DNA of 62,837 nt, filler included, from Choristocarpus tenellus KU-1152 (lineage: Eukaryota > Protista > Phaeophyceae): assembly GCA_964200185.2 (NCBI GenBank). It is 6 parts of 6 records of this genome, joined end to end, with 100 filler letters (N's around TTAATTAATTAA, not from the genome) between each part and the next. Parts side by side here need not be neighbours in the genome. Positions count along the whole stretch, not along the records: positions 24,765 to 38,417 come from CAXNAD020001422.1; positions 38,518 to 57,536 come from CAXNAD020000498.1; 4 more parts are not named here. The stretch is one strand, 5' to 3'. Position numbers and translations under genes: made by a program. Positions 31,601 to 45,300 of this stretch are shown here, in pieces; positions within the stretch are counted from its first letter, which is position 1, and the number at the start of each line of letters is the position of its first letter. A model generated the notes under the pieces. The model was not told the origin of the DNA, searched no databases, and saw nothing but the letters and a program-made list of their open reading frames with translations.

Positions 31601-34600
31601 TCTCAAAACATTTCCAAGATTGTCCTCACTGCTATTTTTTGTTGTTCTTGGTATTGTTTTTTATTTATTGTTACTATACTATTGTTAGTGTTATTTATAG
31701 TAGTAGTAGTAGTATCTTCACTTTTGTCTGCGGATTATCTGGACCCACCCTCACTCAGGCATTTCTGCGGTGTCTTATAGGGGCATATAGGATAGTGCAG
31801 GCGCACAATCTGTAGTGCTTGCCAAGAGGGCTTTGGACGATAGAAGCCAGTTTTCATTACGAGAAGTTTGATGTTGATAGGGTTCAAGCCCACGGATGTC
31901 ATGCATGGAAGAGCCTCCATGAACCACAACGTCACAGCAACAGATTTCCTCCCTGTACTCCATATCAGTACACTCGTTAAATTTTGTTTGCATTTCAAAC
32001 CTTGCTCAAGACATTTCACTAAAGCTCCACTGCACACTCTGCCTTATCTGGGGCATTTGGATCACATACCGACCCTGAAGGTAATCCCAATCCCATCTTC
32101 AAAGGGACCTGTATCCTCAACCCCTCAGCACAAACAAAAGCTCCGATCTTGTTTCCAATAAACCTTAGAACATCCCCAGCATAAGTTCAGGGTGCTGTAC
32201 CTAACGCTCAAGAAATACTTGGCACAAGAACTACAGGAAACATGAATCCCACAAGAAGTACACTCCTTGGGGGGCTGTGATGACAAGACTTCCCACCCAC
32301 CCACCCCCCACATGTCCATGTGGATATCTTATCTTATGGTATTGGATGGGCTGGGGTTCATTGGTGCACCTGAGAGCAGAGAACAGCCAAGGACTATGCC
32401 TATGTCACTACCAATAAGAACAATCGAGGGTTCAACGAACCCCATTGTTTCAGTGTATACTGCTCCCATGAGAAGCAGCGGCTCCTCCGCTGCACTGGGC
32501 TGCAGCAGTACATTGAAGAAATGGATCGGGTGGCTAAGGAAAGGGAGAAGCTTGCTAAGGAAGAAGCCCTGCAGGTAAGCATGACATCTACAAGCCCAAC
32601 ATCTGAACCAAGAGGATATGGTTTGAGTTTGCTGGGCAAGGACACCGAGAATGTAGATGCAATGAGGGGAGGGGTAGAATTAAAGGTTCCCATTGCGGTG
32701 GCGATGGTATGATGATAGTTGGGTTGGGAATTGAGATGGGACTGCGTTCAACATAACACAGTTAGTTTAGGGGCGTCATTGGCTAAGTGGTGGAGGCTGG
32801 GATGACAAGAATGTATTGGAGTGGGGCATTGGCAAGCTAGATGATATTTCATCTCGTGCAAGATACAAGTGTTGTACTTGGATAAGGAGAGAGAGTCAAA
32901 GTATCTTAGAGGGTAGGGTCGCGTCCGTTTGGGGGCCAAAATCCAATGTTGCGATTTTGATGTAATTTTGGCTACTATTGTGTTTGTTAGGAAGTGTCAA
33001 TATCCTTGTTCCAGACACACCTTTTCATAACGTAAACATTTTACCTACTCTGAAACATTTTGGAATAGGAAAATGTCACAAAAAGACCCATGGGAAGGCA
33101 AGCCCCAAATGGACAAACAGGGTAAAATTCGTACCCTCTAAGATACTTTTACTTGAGAGCATCAAAACAAAACCACTAAAGTACAATTGTATAACCGTTG
33201 TGTGTGCCTCAGGCATTGTTGATCCACTGGCCGTCATTGAGCTGTCAATAACAACAGCCACCCAAACCTTCCTCGAAGGAGTAGTAGATATTTCTACTGT
33301 TGTGCTAGTATTTAAGTGAACCGTCCTGAAGAATATCAGGAAGACAACAGCCAACTGCGACAGCAACTACCACTCATATCCTTACCTCCCATTCTATAGT
33401 ATAAGGCACTCCCCACTCCCGTTTCTCTTTGACATCCTGTAATCAACACCAGGCGAAAATAGAAGTGGGCAAGGCCCGCCGTGCTGAACGCCGTGCCCGA
33501 GATGAAGCTGAAGCCCGTTTAATGGCCAAGAAGGTGTGAACTTCATTGTGGGTATTTGGTATCATATTGTTGCCGCTTTCCAAGCCACTGATACAAAATC
33601 TTAAATGAATCATGATGGCCAATGGGGATGGATACACCTGGGAATGTTCTTCTTAACGGTGACTATGTTACTTCATATATCAGGGATTTACCAGTAGGTG
33701 TTTGCCCTGAGGTTCACCCTGAGTTGATAATGGGATTAAGTTTTTTGCGCTTTTCTGGACAAAAAGTACCTCTATGTGTTTCTACTGGGTTAGGGGTGTG
33801 GCTGGGGTTGAGGTTCAGAGGTGGTCGAGGTTGGCTTGTGGTTAGTTGGATCTGAGTACACGGGTATCAACAACCACGTACCTCTTTACTAGGTTTAGAG
33901 ATGGGCTAGGGATAAGAATTTGGGTGCTAGTGTTTGGTGTGACTCTGGGTTTGGGATGGATTAAACCTTGAAATAATGTGTGCGAGAATCTTTGCCCTTT
34001 GAATTTGCACAAACCCCATATACCTTGGGCTTGGGACAGGAATTAGGTCTGAGGTTTGGGCTACTGAGGTAGAATGGGCTCTTGCCCCATTCCCTTTTCC
34101 TCGCGTCTCGCGCCTCCCACCCCCCTACATGATGTTGCCCCCTCTGCAGTACCTTCTTATTTCTTTCTCCCTCAAATATTATACTTTATCAAATGGTTAA
34201 CCATGGGTATTTTCTTGTCAACAAGATGTTTCTGTGGCTTCTAAGCGTAGGACTTTGCCTTGACACAATAACTGCGACTAGATACACTTCACACTCAATA
34301 CTTCAAAGCGTGAAGGGTACTCACTTTCGAGCGCCCTGGACAAACTACAGTGGGTGCATGATCGTGTTAATAAGTATTAAAGAGCCGAGCAAAAGATCAG
34401 TGAGTGGGGACAACTCCAAAGAGCAACACTTCCAGAAACAGAACAATAGCATACAAGTTCTACATTGACCCAATACATACAATCCACTGGCCTGGCGGAA
34501 TCCCCTTCCCCCTCAATTAATTATATGCACCGATTTTGCTTCACTAGGAATTGTCCGAGTCTCATTTTCACGAGCCCCACCGACGTTTGCCTTGGCCAGA

Positions 34601-37600
34601 CTGAGGCCAAATCCCTCAAGCTGTTGGCCGGACCCACCCGTCGCCGTAAAAAGTGGGAGGCCCGTCTCAAATTATCGGTCGTCCAGGAGACCCGAGGCTG
34701 CTGGGAACAGCGGCAAGACTCTGGTGGAAGTTTGTTCTTCCATTGTACTGATGAGTTCATCCCCGAGCCCTTCAGGTGTGGTGGAAGCAAACGACAGATC
34801 GGCACCCAATCTGAAACATGAGGAATGCAGGGACACGGGACATATTCTATAGCCTGTTGGGCGAAAGAGGAAGGAACCCTGGTCCTCGAAAGGATTGTTC
34901 CCTCGAGAGCTCAGGCAAAGTGTTGCCATTCGAGGGAAAAACTCATCAGTACTACGTCGTATAGGGGAGCACAAATCTGGGCATGCGGGGCAATGAAACG
35001 ACTTTTGAGACACAGAAAAGAACGTTTACGACTGTCCTAATCTACGTAGAAGCATATATGGTAGTTACTGTGTGCTCCGAGTATTTCAGTCCCTCATATG
35101 CATCTGAAGGAGTGACCTTTGCTGCAGAACATTTGTGGTCACATGTCAAGCTATGACTAAATTATGTACCAGAGAAACTTAGAGTGGATCGAAACGTATG
35201 TCCAGCTGATTGCTTTCAAGACATTGCGCAAATCGATTGGTTGTCACGATCCAAAACCGTTTTTTGACGAGTTTGCCCTTGAGACCATATTACTAGTACC
35301 CAAATTGATTTTCTGGGCAGCAACCTCTTGCGTCTCATAGCTTCTTGCAGTAAGAGCAACCTCTTTTGTAGAAAGGGGCTGGTTGAATCGAAAAAATCTA
35401 TTACCCAAATACAAGCTGCATAGGGAGCGAAGAAGAGAGGAGGGGATCCAAACATACATCTAACCGTTTTCTTGGTGTTTTAACTATTTAAACAATCGCA
35501 CATGAAAAAACACTCCCCACAATCAACATAGACAAGGCAGAGACTACCCCCCTAAAACTACTCCAAGAGAGGAGGTACAAGGCGGTGTGTTGGCAAGATT
35601 TTCTCTTCCGAACCCTCAACCAGGACCACAGGGGATTGGTAAACCAAATCCCAATAATCGGAAGAGAGTCTCTTCATCAGACACTTTGGGGGTGGAAATA
35701 ATGCATATTTACAGGCTTTGGAGTGTGTGCACAAGGTAGAAGATGCTATATTAAATCTTTCCCAATGCTGCATATTTACCTTTGTCTACCTCCTGTACTA
35801 TCATAGGCTTAGCCTTAGACACAATTCTCTTCCGTCATTGGAAGGAAATACCTACTCTGCTGCAGATATCTTCTTTCAAGCAAACTGCAAGGTACATGAT
35901 GGCTGAAATGAACTCTGGACACATACACTTCAATATTTCGGCACCCCACCATACCCCCTTTTCTTCACCTCCAAGTAGTGATTGGTACTTATAGAAGAGA
36001 GCGAGCACAGGAAGCATCTCCCCCATGTTCACTCCACCAACCCACAATCTTGTCTCAAACAACACGCAAGCTAGCGAATCATAATATTCCGGTTGCAATG
36101 ACTTCCACACAGTTGGGATCCACCACCGGACTGGGATGCAGAGCTGCTGCCGACTTCCTTGCTCTCTGAGGGAGGACACCAAGGGGAGGGTACCTCACAC
36201 ACACAAACAGCTTCCTCCTCTGTTTGGGCTGCTTCTTCCGGTGGTGAAGGCAGCAGTGCTTACGGTGGCTTCAGTAGTGGCATGGGGCAAGGAGCAACAA
36301 CCAGTGGGAACTCAAACACCGAGAGGTGACCGTGACTGAAGAAGAGGGAGAAACGCCTGGGGGGGGGAGGGGGAGCAATATGTTTTGAGGGGGAAAGGAA
36401 TGAGAGTTGTTTGGATGAACGTAAATAGGACACTGAATGAAGATATGATCAACTGACTTCAACGTCACTAATGCCATGCTGTTCGGGCTGGGATGCGAGT
36501 TCACAGTAGTTCTTCTGTTTCGGGGTGAATCCCATAAGAAAAATTAATAAAACGGAACAAAAGTATGGTTTACAAGCTATCTCTTGTGGGAAGCCTTCTT
36601 GCACTCTAACCCTAACCTTAACCTCAACCTCAACCCTATCCCTAACCCTAACCCTAACCCTAACTAGATGATACTCTAGATTCGAGCACTACCCTCCACA
36701 TTCTTGGTGGCACACCCTCCAGTGCACTATCTATCATTTTTCTTGCCAGAGGTCTTTTGTTTGAATTGCTACATTACACCATCAGCAGGGGCTCAGCTTC
36801 TTACCCAGATTTCATCACCCTTGTACCATTATTTTTTACAACTCTTCTCGAGATGTATCAATCGGTTTTAAAACAGAATGTCTTCTTCCAGGATATTCCA
36901 AAAATGTAATTTTCCTCTGCGGTGTGAACATAGGCCACCTTGCTTGGCAAAACAGCACAGGATGGAAGATTGTTCTTTTTTTTAAATGCTTTTCTGGTAT
37001 CATACTTCAACCAAATGACACCTTTTTTTTTGTTTCCTCTATTCTTTCGCTGATCTCTTTATCTTCGTAACTATTGGTACATGTTCCCTGTCCCAAAGTA
37101 TCCATCAGTGACAGCAGCAGAGAGCATCATATCCTCACCAACTTACACATGTTTGACTCAAAGTATCTTCGAGTGTAGAGCCGCGTCCATTTGGGGGCCA
37201 AAATCCAATGTTGCAATTTTGATGTAATTTTGGCCATCGTGTTTGTTTAGGAAGTGTCAATATCCATGTTCCGGACACGCATTTTCATAGTGTATATATT
37301 CTACCTACTCCGAAACATGTTGGAGTAGGTACAATGTAATTAAAGAGAAACGTGGGAAGCCAAGCCCCAAACAGACAAACAGGGCAAAACTCGTACCCTA
37401 ACCCTAAGATACTTTCACTCGTTGGCATCCCCACTCCTACAACAACATGAATCCAATATCAATAAACTCAATTTCAAGTTGTGCTCCTGCTGAGCCAGAG
37501 TAAACAAGAGGTAACCAGAGTTGCACTTTAAGGATGCTGACAAATATGTGCAAAATTCGACCTTTTTTTTTTACAAAAGTGTATTTGGAACTTTTTCGGA

Positions 37601-38217
37601 ATCCTGTCGAAATTTTTTCAAACGATAGCGCAACCAACGCTCTCAAGTCATCCTTAGCACTTCATCCATAGAAACGTTGGTGAATTGCTAAAGATTTGCA
37701 AAAATGGGCAAAAAACTGCAGAATGGCAAAAAGACTGGGTACCTCTGGTTTAAGTTGACTCACTATTCATTCCACTGCATTTGCCCCCCCCACGCATGCG
37801 TGTACTACCCTGATCCACACACCAACCACTGTTTGTAGCATTGGGCTGAAGGAAGCCCTCTCCACAGCGTTACCATCACAACCCCTCCCAGTTGAGTTTA
37901 CGGAGGAGGAACGCCTGCGTGTGGCAGTACAACGCCTGGCGGAGAACGAGCAACTCCTTGAAGCCCTAGCATGGAGACTCGGGATACCCCAGAAGGACGT
38001 TCGAAGGGATGGGCGGGAGCCTCCACTTGCCCGCAATGGAGCGGAAGCAGGCGACACCTCCGAGAGTCAAGGGGAGGACGACAGCGAGGAAGACGGAAAC
38101 AGGGGTGAAATAGAGGTGAGAGCAAGGGGGGAAGTGATGTGGTCAAATAGGAGAAGAGGGAATCAAGAAGGAAATGATACGGTCTCAAACCCTAACCCTT
38201 GTTTGTCTGAGTGGTAG
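25685..38217 (+). CDS. 3' part of an uncharacterised multi-exon gene with a charged coiled-coil. Candidate exons ~25685-25753, ~29824-29898, ~30397-30543, ~31759-31811, 32454-32574, 33453-33533, ~36113-36325, 37839-38217
   Basis: AG/GT-bounded open segments: VYCSHEKQRLLRCTGLQQYIEEMDRVAKEREKLAKEEALQ | AKIEVGKARRAERRARDEAEARLMAKK (phase 0 join), and WDPPPDWDAELLP...NTE S|IGLKEALSTALP...EEERLRVAVQRLAENEQLLEALAWRLG (phase 2 join). Family not recognised; the upstream exons are tentative. Confidence 0.55.
26833..27093. mobile_element. MITE family A, TSD TCT
   Basis: Both TIRs present; TCT flanks both sides. Confidence 0.92.
28420..28686. mobile_element. MITE family C (about 267 bp), TSD AGA
   Basis: TIRs GAGTCAAAGTAAATGAGAGGTACCCAG...CTGGGTACCTCTCGCTTTACTTTGACTC, flanked by AGA. 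Related copies at 37492 and 13958. Confidence 0.9.
28968..29229. mobile_element. MITE family A, TSD TTT
   Basis: Both TIRs present; TTT flanks both sides. Confidence 0.92.
29438..29470 (+). repeat. (TAT)n microsatellite, imperfect
   Basis: tattattgttattattattgttattattattatt. Confidence 0.85.
30646..30824. mobile_element. MITE family B, TSD TGT
   Basis: gactcaaaatatcttgggggggg...cccccccagatactttgagcg, flanked by TGT. Confidence 0.9.
32893..33154. mobile_element. MITE family A
   Basis: Full-length match with both TIRs. Confidence 0.92.
36606..36664 (-). repeat. Interstitial telomeric-type repeat (CCCTAA)n, degenerate
   Basis: ctaaccctaaccttaacctcaacctcaaccctatccctaaccctaaccctaaccctaac. Confidence 0.9.
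37155..37420. mobile_element. MITE family A with CCCTAACCCTAA in the right TIR
   Basis: Full-length copy. The right TIR reads cgtaccctAACCctaagatactttcactc against the consensus cgtaccctctaagatactttcactc. Confidence 0.92.
37492..37761. mobile_element. MITE family C, opposite orientation to the 28420 copy
   Basis: gagccagagtaaacaagaggtaaccag...ctgggtacctctggtttaagttgactc; flanks are gct/act. Confidence 0.85.
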
Positions 38218-38380
38218 AGCGAGTCACGCTACCCGATGAGAGGAGGTATGCACCGTAATGTCACCACAAGGTATATATATACATATACCCATAAATCGTT
38301 TCGTTTTTTTTTCGTAAAAAAAGTCTGGTTTTTTTTGGTGCACGATAAAAAGCGCCCCCTTTTTTTTCTGCTCAGTTGTC

Positions 38381-38417
38381 TGGTGGTGGTGGTGGTGGTG
38401 GTGGTGGTGGTGGTGGT
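38381..38417 (+). repeat. (GGT)n microsatellite at the contig end
   Basis: About 12 perfect TGG/GGT units running into the gap. Confidence 0.9.
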
Positions 38418-38517
38418 NNNNNNNNNNNNNNNNNNNNNNNNNNNNNNNNNNNNNNNNNNNNTTAATTAATTAANNNNNNNNNNNNNNNNNNNNNNNNNNN
38501 NNNNNNNNNNNNNNNNN

Positions 38518-38620
38518 GGGGTCGTGACTGTCCATTTTGGGGCCATTTTTTTCATGTCACAATTTCGGGAGGTTTGGTTGCATACGTCAGATGGGTAATA
38601 TAAGTGCACTTTTCCTGGCC
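38518..38620. mobile_element. MITE family B fragment at the contig start
   Basis: ctgtccattttggggccattttttcatgtcac...gtgcacttttcctgg matches the family B interior. Confidence 0.8.
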
Positions 38621-38937
38621 ATGGAAAATTGAGAAATAGACCTGTTTTGGTCAAGATCTTTGTTATTTCTCAGTTTAATGAACTGGGCTCATTGAACAGG
38701 TGTGGTTAACGGCTCATAATATTACTATTTCCCCCCATGGAGTTTTGCAAAGCGCATGGTTGGTTCAATTCATCAAAGGTAATTTTCTCAAGGGACAAAA
38801 GAGGACGGCTGTACTTTGTTCACAGTTTTGAATGTGTGAAGATAGAGTCGATCACCTCTTCACGCAAGTCCGACCTCTACTAATTCTTCCCCATTCCCAA
38901 CCTTGCATCATCTTCAATATTTCAGATTCGGCATTTA

Positions 38938-39094
38938 GCATCAAAGTATCTGGGGGGGGAGGGGATCTACACCAGCGTGTCCATTGTTCTGGCCTTGACC
39001 AGGAAATAATGCAACCAAATCACCCCAGAGTCGCAACGTGGAAAAATGGGCCCCGAATGGACCGCCGCCATGCCCCCCCCAGATACTTTGAGCC
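38938..39094. mobile_element. MITE family B with an internal deletion, TSD TTA
   Basis: gcatcaaagtatctggggggg...cccccccagatactttgagcc, flanked by TTA. Confidence 0.9.
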
Positions 39095-39382
39095 TTAAGC
39101 ACCTGAGAATGATATCATATTGTGTTCAGGGTATGGTGATCAATATTTTACATAGTTTCCCGTACAAACAATGCTCAGTATTGGTTAGCTGGCGCATTCA
39201 AGTATTTGTTCAGGTATGAAGTCTCGAGGAACTTTGTGTAACCAGGAGGGCAGTTGTGTGAGCATTGCATTATACCCCTCGTGAAGAGCATGAAGAGTAA
39301 AATAGTCAGGGCCTAAGCTTGTAAGAACATATCAACCCCACCATACCTCTCCTTCACAGGGGTCACTAGACAAGAAACTCAC

Positions 39383-42300
39383 CTCAGTCATCTCTTTGAT
39401 ACCCAAGGCTACCTTGAGAACATCAAGACGGAATAGGCTGAGAGGTTTTATCAGTGGTCCTGGGCCAGATGTAGACACAAAATCCAGACGGAGTATGCCC
39501 TTGTTTGGGACTTTGGTGAACCAGTCGTTGTTGAGCACTATTGGTTGACCCATAAATACTTCATTTCGGAACGGCTGGTGTTGTAGAGGGGGGGTTGCAA
39601 GAGTGTCAGGTATGAACAACGAAATAGGCAGTGTATGACAAGAGAGGGTGGGCGAAACAGTAACTGCTTTACAGAAGGACAGTTTACTTAACTGGGGTTA
39701 AGAGTGAAAGCATCTTAGAGGGCATGAGTTTTGCCCTGTTTGTCCATCTGGGGCTTGGCTTCCCGCGAGTTTTTTTATGACATTTTCCTACTCCAAAATG
39801 TTTTTGAGTAGGAAAAATGCAAACGTTATGAAAGGATGTATCTGGAGCAAGGATATTGACACTTCTTAACAAACACGGTAACCAAAATTTCATCAAAATC
39901 ACAAAATTGGATTTTGGTCCCTAAGCGGACGTGGCTCTACCTCTAAGATAATTTGACTCTAGGACACAATAGAAAAATGGCGAGTTCCTGCTGGTGTTGA
40001 TTATGAAGGTTGTAAGGGTGATACCACGAAACAGTCTAGGAGTAGTTTGAGATCTTTCGCCAACCATAAACTGAGAAATACCTATCTTAAAAATAATACA
40101 GCAGGAGGTATGCATGACGTCTTTTTCATAAACGAACCATCAAAATACCCCCCTAGCCCTATATTCGATATCATGATCTCTATTGCTTCGTGCTCTCCAC
40201 TCTCTAGCTGTGGCTTACGATTAGGCATATGGTTTTCTAGAGCCTACCCAAAAGATGTGTCTTCTATTCTTAGTCAATGTCCTCAAGATGGTTTCGAAGG
40301 ACCTGATACTTTTCTCGCCACTGGAACACGACGTAAATTTGAAACTTGACTGTACGTTTTCTGCACAGAATAATAAAAAATATTCCTGCAGACGGTTATT
40401 ATATTCTCGCTGCACACTTCATACATATTCAACATTGTCTACAAATACCACCCCAATTTAGGTTCACCCTATTCCTAGCAATATGCTCAACCATACGGTG
40501 TATATGTAGTCCTGCTAGTGAACTGTTCTTATCAAACATATCCTCACAAGTTGGTTTCCTTTCTGCGAAGTATCCATAGAGCCTGCTTGCTTTGCATGCG
40601 CTCGCTCAGCATTGGCAATCTCAGCGAGCTTTGTGATGCAGACCGTTGTTGGAAGATTCAACCAACAATTCCGAAAAAGAACAAGACGTGACAGGTGGAG
40701 ATGTTAGGAAGAAGAGATGGAGATGTTTACAGGGACGAGAGAAAGAACAAAGGACATCCTCACTGTGAGCAGAGCAGTCAAGGAGTAATGGTTGAAACCC
40801 GTAGTCACCCTTACATGGGGAGATAGCCTGAAGTGTAGTTTATCTCTCTTAGGATAGGGCATAAATCACTTTGTGGTTGTTCTGTGAACTGCAGTATGTA
40901 AACTTGAAAGGATGAATAATGAAAAACGCGCGGGATAGGTATCTGAAATCATATATCTTGTGTTATGGTGCAAATGGTAAGCGACCTATTGTGCAGTGAT
41001 CCCAGTCTGTAATACAACAAAAACAATACACCAATTGAAATTGTGATGTACTCAATATTCTTCCTCACAAAACACACTGACGATAGTTCAAACAACCATC
41101 CCGTTACCGTAGAACTTGGACCTGACAAACAGGATAATCTTGCGGCATTCACACCCTTGCATATATTTGTAAAACCACTCCATGTCTTCATCATTAACAT
41201 TATTCAGAATTATTGAGGTTACCGGCCCGTAGACCTGTATGCCCCCTTTCACTCGTCCCTCCTCATTCCTCCTCATTCCTCCTCATTCCTCCACGTTTAG
41301 CGGCATCACCTTGATGGCCGCAAGTCGCTCCACTGAATCACTTAAGTCGAGAATATACAGGCCTGTCGGGTTCCCCATCAATGCACGAAAAGCACTCTTC
41401 ATATGCAAACCCAGTCTTTGTTGTTGCGTCTGGGTTAAGGACAACTGAATGAATCTTGCCCTCTGTTCAGGATTGACGATTTGAGGTAGTAGCTTCTCGG
41501 CTGTGGTCACAAAATCCTGGAACATGTATTCAGTGGGGTGTCGTAAGAGTAAGCAAGGATAGAAATCCTGTGATTAAAGTAAAAAATAGAGGGCAATTAG
41601 TGGAGAGGAAAGACAATTGATTTTGGCACCCCCTTTTGACTTAACTACTGTCTAAGTTAGTGCACATTGATCAAATGCTTCAAGTATTATGTTGGAATGT
41701 TTGAAGATTTATCATCGAAATGACAGGTAGTACGAAATGGTTGGAGACTCTTGGGCACAACTTATAATCACTTGTTCACGATCAGAATACCTGGTCATGC
41801 TCAATAACAGCAGCCAGTTCCTTCGCCTGTACTGCAGTAAGAGTGATATCAGTATCAAATACGGCATTGTCAAACATGTTTAACCTCTCCGTGGTATTAT
41901 TCACCTGGATTTGAGATGTAAAACCGCTGTCAATGGGATTGCATAAGGGTCGAAGTCAATCTGGCTGGGTTTGATCAGCTATAGAGGTGGAGACTCAGAA
42001 TAGAACATGGTGCATAATTAGGTGGAAGGGAAATATCTGGATGAACTAAGGGTCGAACATCAGCATAAACAAGGTATGACAAGTTTTCAGCTTATGAGAC
42101 TGAATTGTCTTGATAGAGCCTTGGCTTACTGTATGTATTGGGGGAAGCTATTGCTTGATTTGATTCTCGCTGGATCAAAGAACTAATATTTGTGGTTATC
42201 AACAGAGTACAATCATGAATCGCCGATGGAAATATTGGCTGACCATCTATGGAACACACTGTGTGTTTATCACTAGGTTTTCAAAGTCCTGCCACAGAAT

Positions 42301-45300
42301 CGCTTTGAATGTAGCCTGGATCAGTGGTGGGTGTGGAATCCATCCGTCAGCACTTCAATATTTTCAGTCATGCCTACATAACATGTACCGAAAGGTATCC
42401 TGATTCCAATGTTGTGGTGCAATTCTGACAGAAGGAACCTGTAACACTCTCCCAACCACAGACACTAGCTGTAGACATTCAAAACATTTCTCCGCCATGC
42501 GAAGACATGTTGTTTTTCATGTATTTCTTGATGATCCTGGTTCAAGTGTTGATACCATACTCCAACATTGAGGATTATAAGGCATTGGGAAATAGGTCAC
42601 ACTAGTACCAATGAATTAGTCTCTATGAAATGTGGAGGCAATGGGGTAGATACATTGACCCCACAATATTCCCGACCCCCTTCAAAGTTTTATCACCCAC
42701 TGATCAGTTGAAAATAGATATTAACCACCTGTGCTTGTTGTCATGTACCTCATCGAATTGATTGGTCTTCGCACCTGTTCAATGTTCTTAATCAAGCATG
42801 TCAAGCCGCCTTGATGCTCGATGTCCCTCAAGTCTCGGGGAAAGAGCGCTACCTTGAAGCTCACCAATAACATGCCATGTCGTGGCATTTCCCATACACC
42901 ACCAGTGGCAAGGTCTAGAAGCTGACCCTTGGGGCACCCTGGCCCCTGCTTGATGGATGTTTGGGGTTGGAGGATATCATCTTTGTACTCTAGATATTTT
43001 TAATGCTGTTCCTCTCTCACTACATGAGAAAATAATGTTCAAACTTGTAATTTTTATCTTGGCAAGTTCGAGCTTCACTTGGTTACAAGGGTGCTGAGAC
43101 TGTGGTAGGTCCTGTTTGGGTGGATAGTCGAAAGGGTGCTTGTCTTCTCCGTCGCAAAGAAGAATAGTGACACATGATAAATGAGATTGAGGATGAGGTG
43201 AAGTCCTCTCTTCTTGTATATTTCCTGTGGTTCACTTCAGACAACAAGTAATGTAATGAAATAGCAGTCCACATCTTCTTTCATCACCTTTTTTTTTAGT
43301 ACTGAGCAATTTTTATCATGAGACTCACAAACATTGCGGGACTGCCCAGGGACTGGATACATTATCACAACGTTTGGTATATAGAGATTTTCTGTAATTT
43401 CTTCCTTGCCCCGAGGTTCATAGCACATACTACAACACTATATATATTTGGCTCAAAGTATCTAGGGGGGGGGGAGTCTACACCAGGGTGTCCATTTGGA
43501 CCTGACTAGGAAAAGTGCACTTGCGTTATCCATTCGACTCATGGAACCAAATCACCAAAAAATTGCGACATGGCAAAAATGGGTCCCAAATGGAAGCCGC
43601 CAACACCCCCCCAGATACTTTGAGCCTCAATTAAATTACACCCAAGAGTGGAGGATGCCAACCTACCCCCTTGAATTGTTATTAGTTTTCAAGATTCGAC
43701 CAGCATATAAGAGATTGAGCACAGAGCACACAAAATATGGACCTTGAATCAGAATAAACCTTTTGCTCAATGGGGTATGGTAGCTCAGTCGGAAAAAAGA
43801 ACAAATTCTACTATAACACAGATTGTAAGAATGAGTGCATGGCACGTCTCATTGCCCAGAGGAAAGCATCATTAACCAAGGATTTGGGTAAAACATAATT
43901 TCAGAGCACTTTATATGGTGAGCTTCCTCGAACCTCAGAAGTAGTCTACCGGTTTATATGAAAGGAATATGTGGTCCAAACCTATCATGATGTCAGTTTT
44001 TCTTACGGGGGAATCTGGTGCTGATGGACCATGGGACAAGTACAACAGAACAGTACACCTACACCCTCCTGTCTCTGTCGCTAAACCTCAACAAAGAGCA
44101 CGGAAACTCTGAGCTGTGATGGCTAGAGTACTGTGCAAGAATTGGGGGAGGAAGGGGAGTCATAAGAGGTGGGATGGCTGAACCCAGCATGGGAGGACAA
44201 AAAAATCGCGGAATTCATATGGCAGTACAATTAGTGGAGCAACAATATGTTGCAGTTTCAGGGAAGTAGTGTATTGAGCAGTGCCTCTGAGATCAGGTCA
44301 GGGTTTTGAAGGGTTGAACTATGTTCAGTGTCCCACATAACACTACATACAATTATGATAGTAATATAAAAATATAAAATATATTTTATTAAAAAATCAA
44401 GCCGTAACATTTATCTTCTGGCCACTGGCTGAATTGAGGGCATTGTCATGAGCCCCCTACAAAGGTCACAACCCTTGGACTTGTCCTGCACAAAGCCCCC
44501 AGCTCTATCCTTTGCTGTGACCTTAATTGCCAATGTGAACAATAGAGATAAACCTACCTGAGAAAGCTCATCTGTCATCCAGGCAACGAACTCGCTCTCC
44601 TCAATTATCCCACACTTATCAATGTCGTAGACTGACACTAGGGCTTGACAATGGCTCTCACTGATATCATATCCAAGTCCCTGATGTCAGGTGGACAGTT
44701 GGGGATATTACATGTTGCATAGTGTATGTTAAACTCTGAACAGTATTTTGATTGTAATGTTGTGCAGTTGAAGAAACAAAGAAATATAGGATACGATAGA
44801 GGGGAATATTGGATGCGGAGTTTGACATGACTGCCGAATGATAGACATTTTTGCCATGAAGGTGAGTGCAAATTATGTTCAGTTTGTAGATTGTAGGTAT
44901 GTGGTACAAGGTTGAATTACAAGAAAACGATGGTGGGGTGCTGAGTTGAACATTCACAACTTGAAAAAAATGCCACAATGACAACTATGTTGGGAAAACT
45001 CTTAGTTTTCCCTGATGCAATATTGCTTTCCCTCTTTCTTTGTGCTATCAAGGAGTACCAAAACTACTGACTTTCAACACCAAACGGAAACTGGCAAGCA
45101 CTCAACATAAGCTATCTCTGTTCTTCTTATATTACCAATGAAGATGACCTCATCTCTTCAACTCTCAACTTGCTTGGTGATGGGATCAAAGTCTTAACTA
45201 CGGCAGCTTCAAGAGGCCAGATTATGAGGTTGCCAGCCTACAACAGTCAAGAGAGAGCATATCAATTGACATGCAACTGCCGTACTATCCTCTCTCTCCT

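Noticed and set aside
44638-44690. Apparent stop or frameshift in the LRR gene (RAIVKP*)
   Set aside because: Using the downstream acceptor atgatatcAG restores the frame (SESHCQALVSVYDIDKCG), so this is not a pseudogene lesion.
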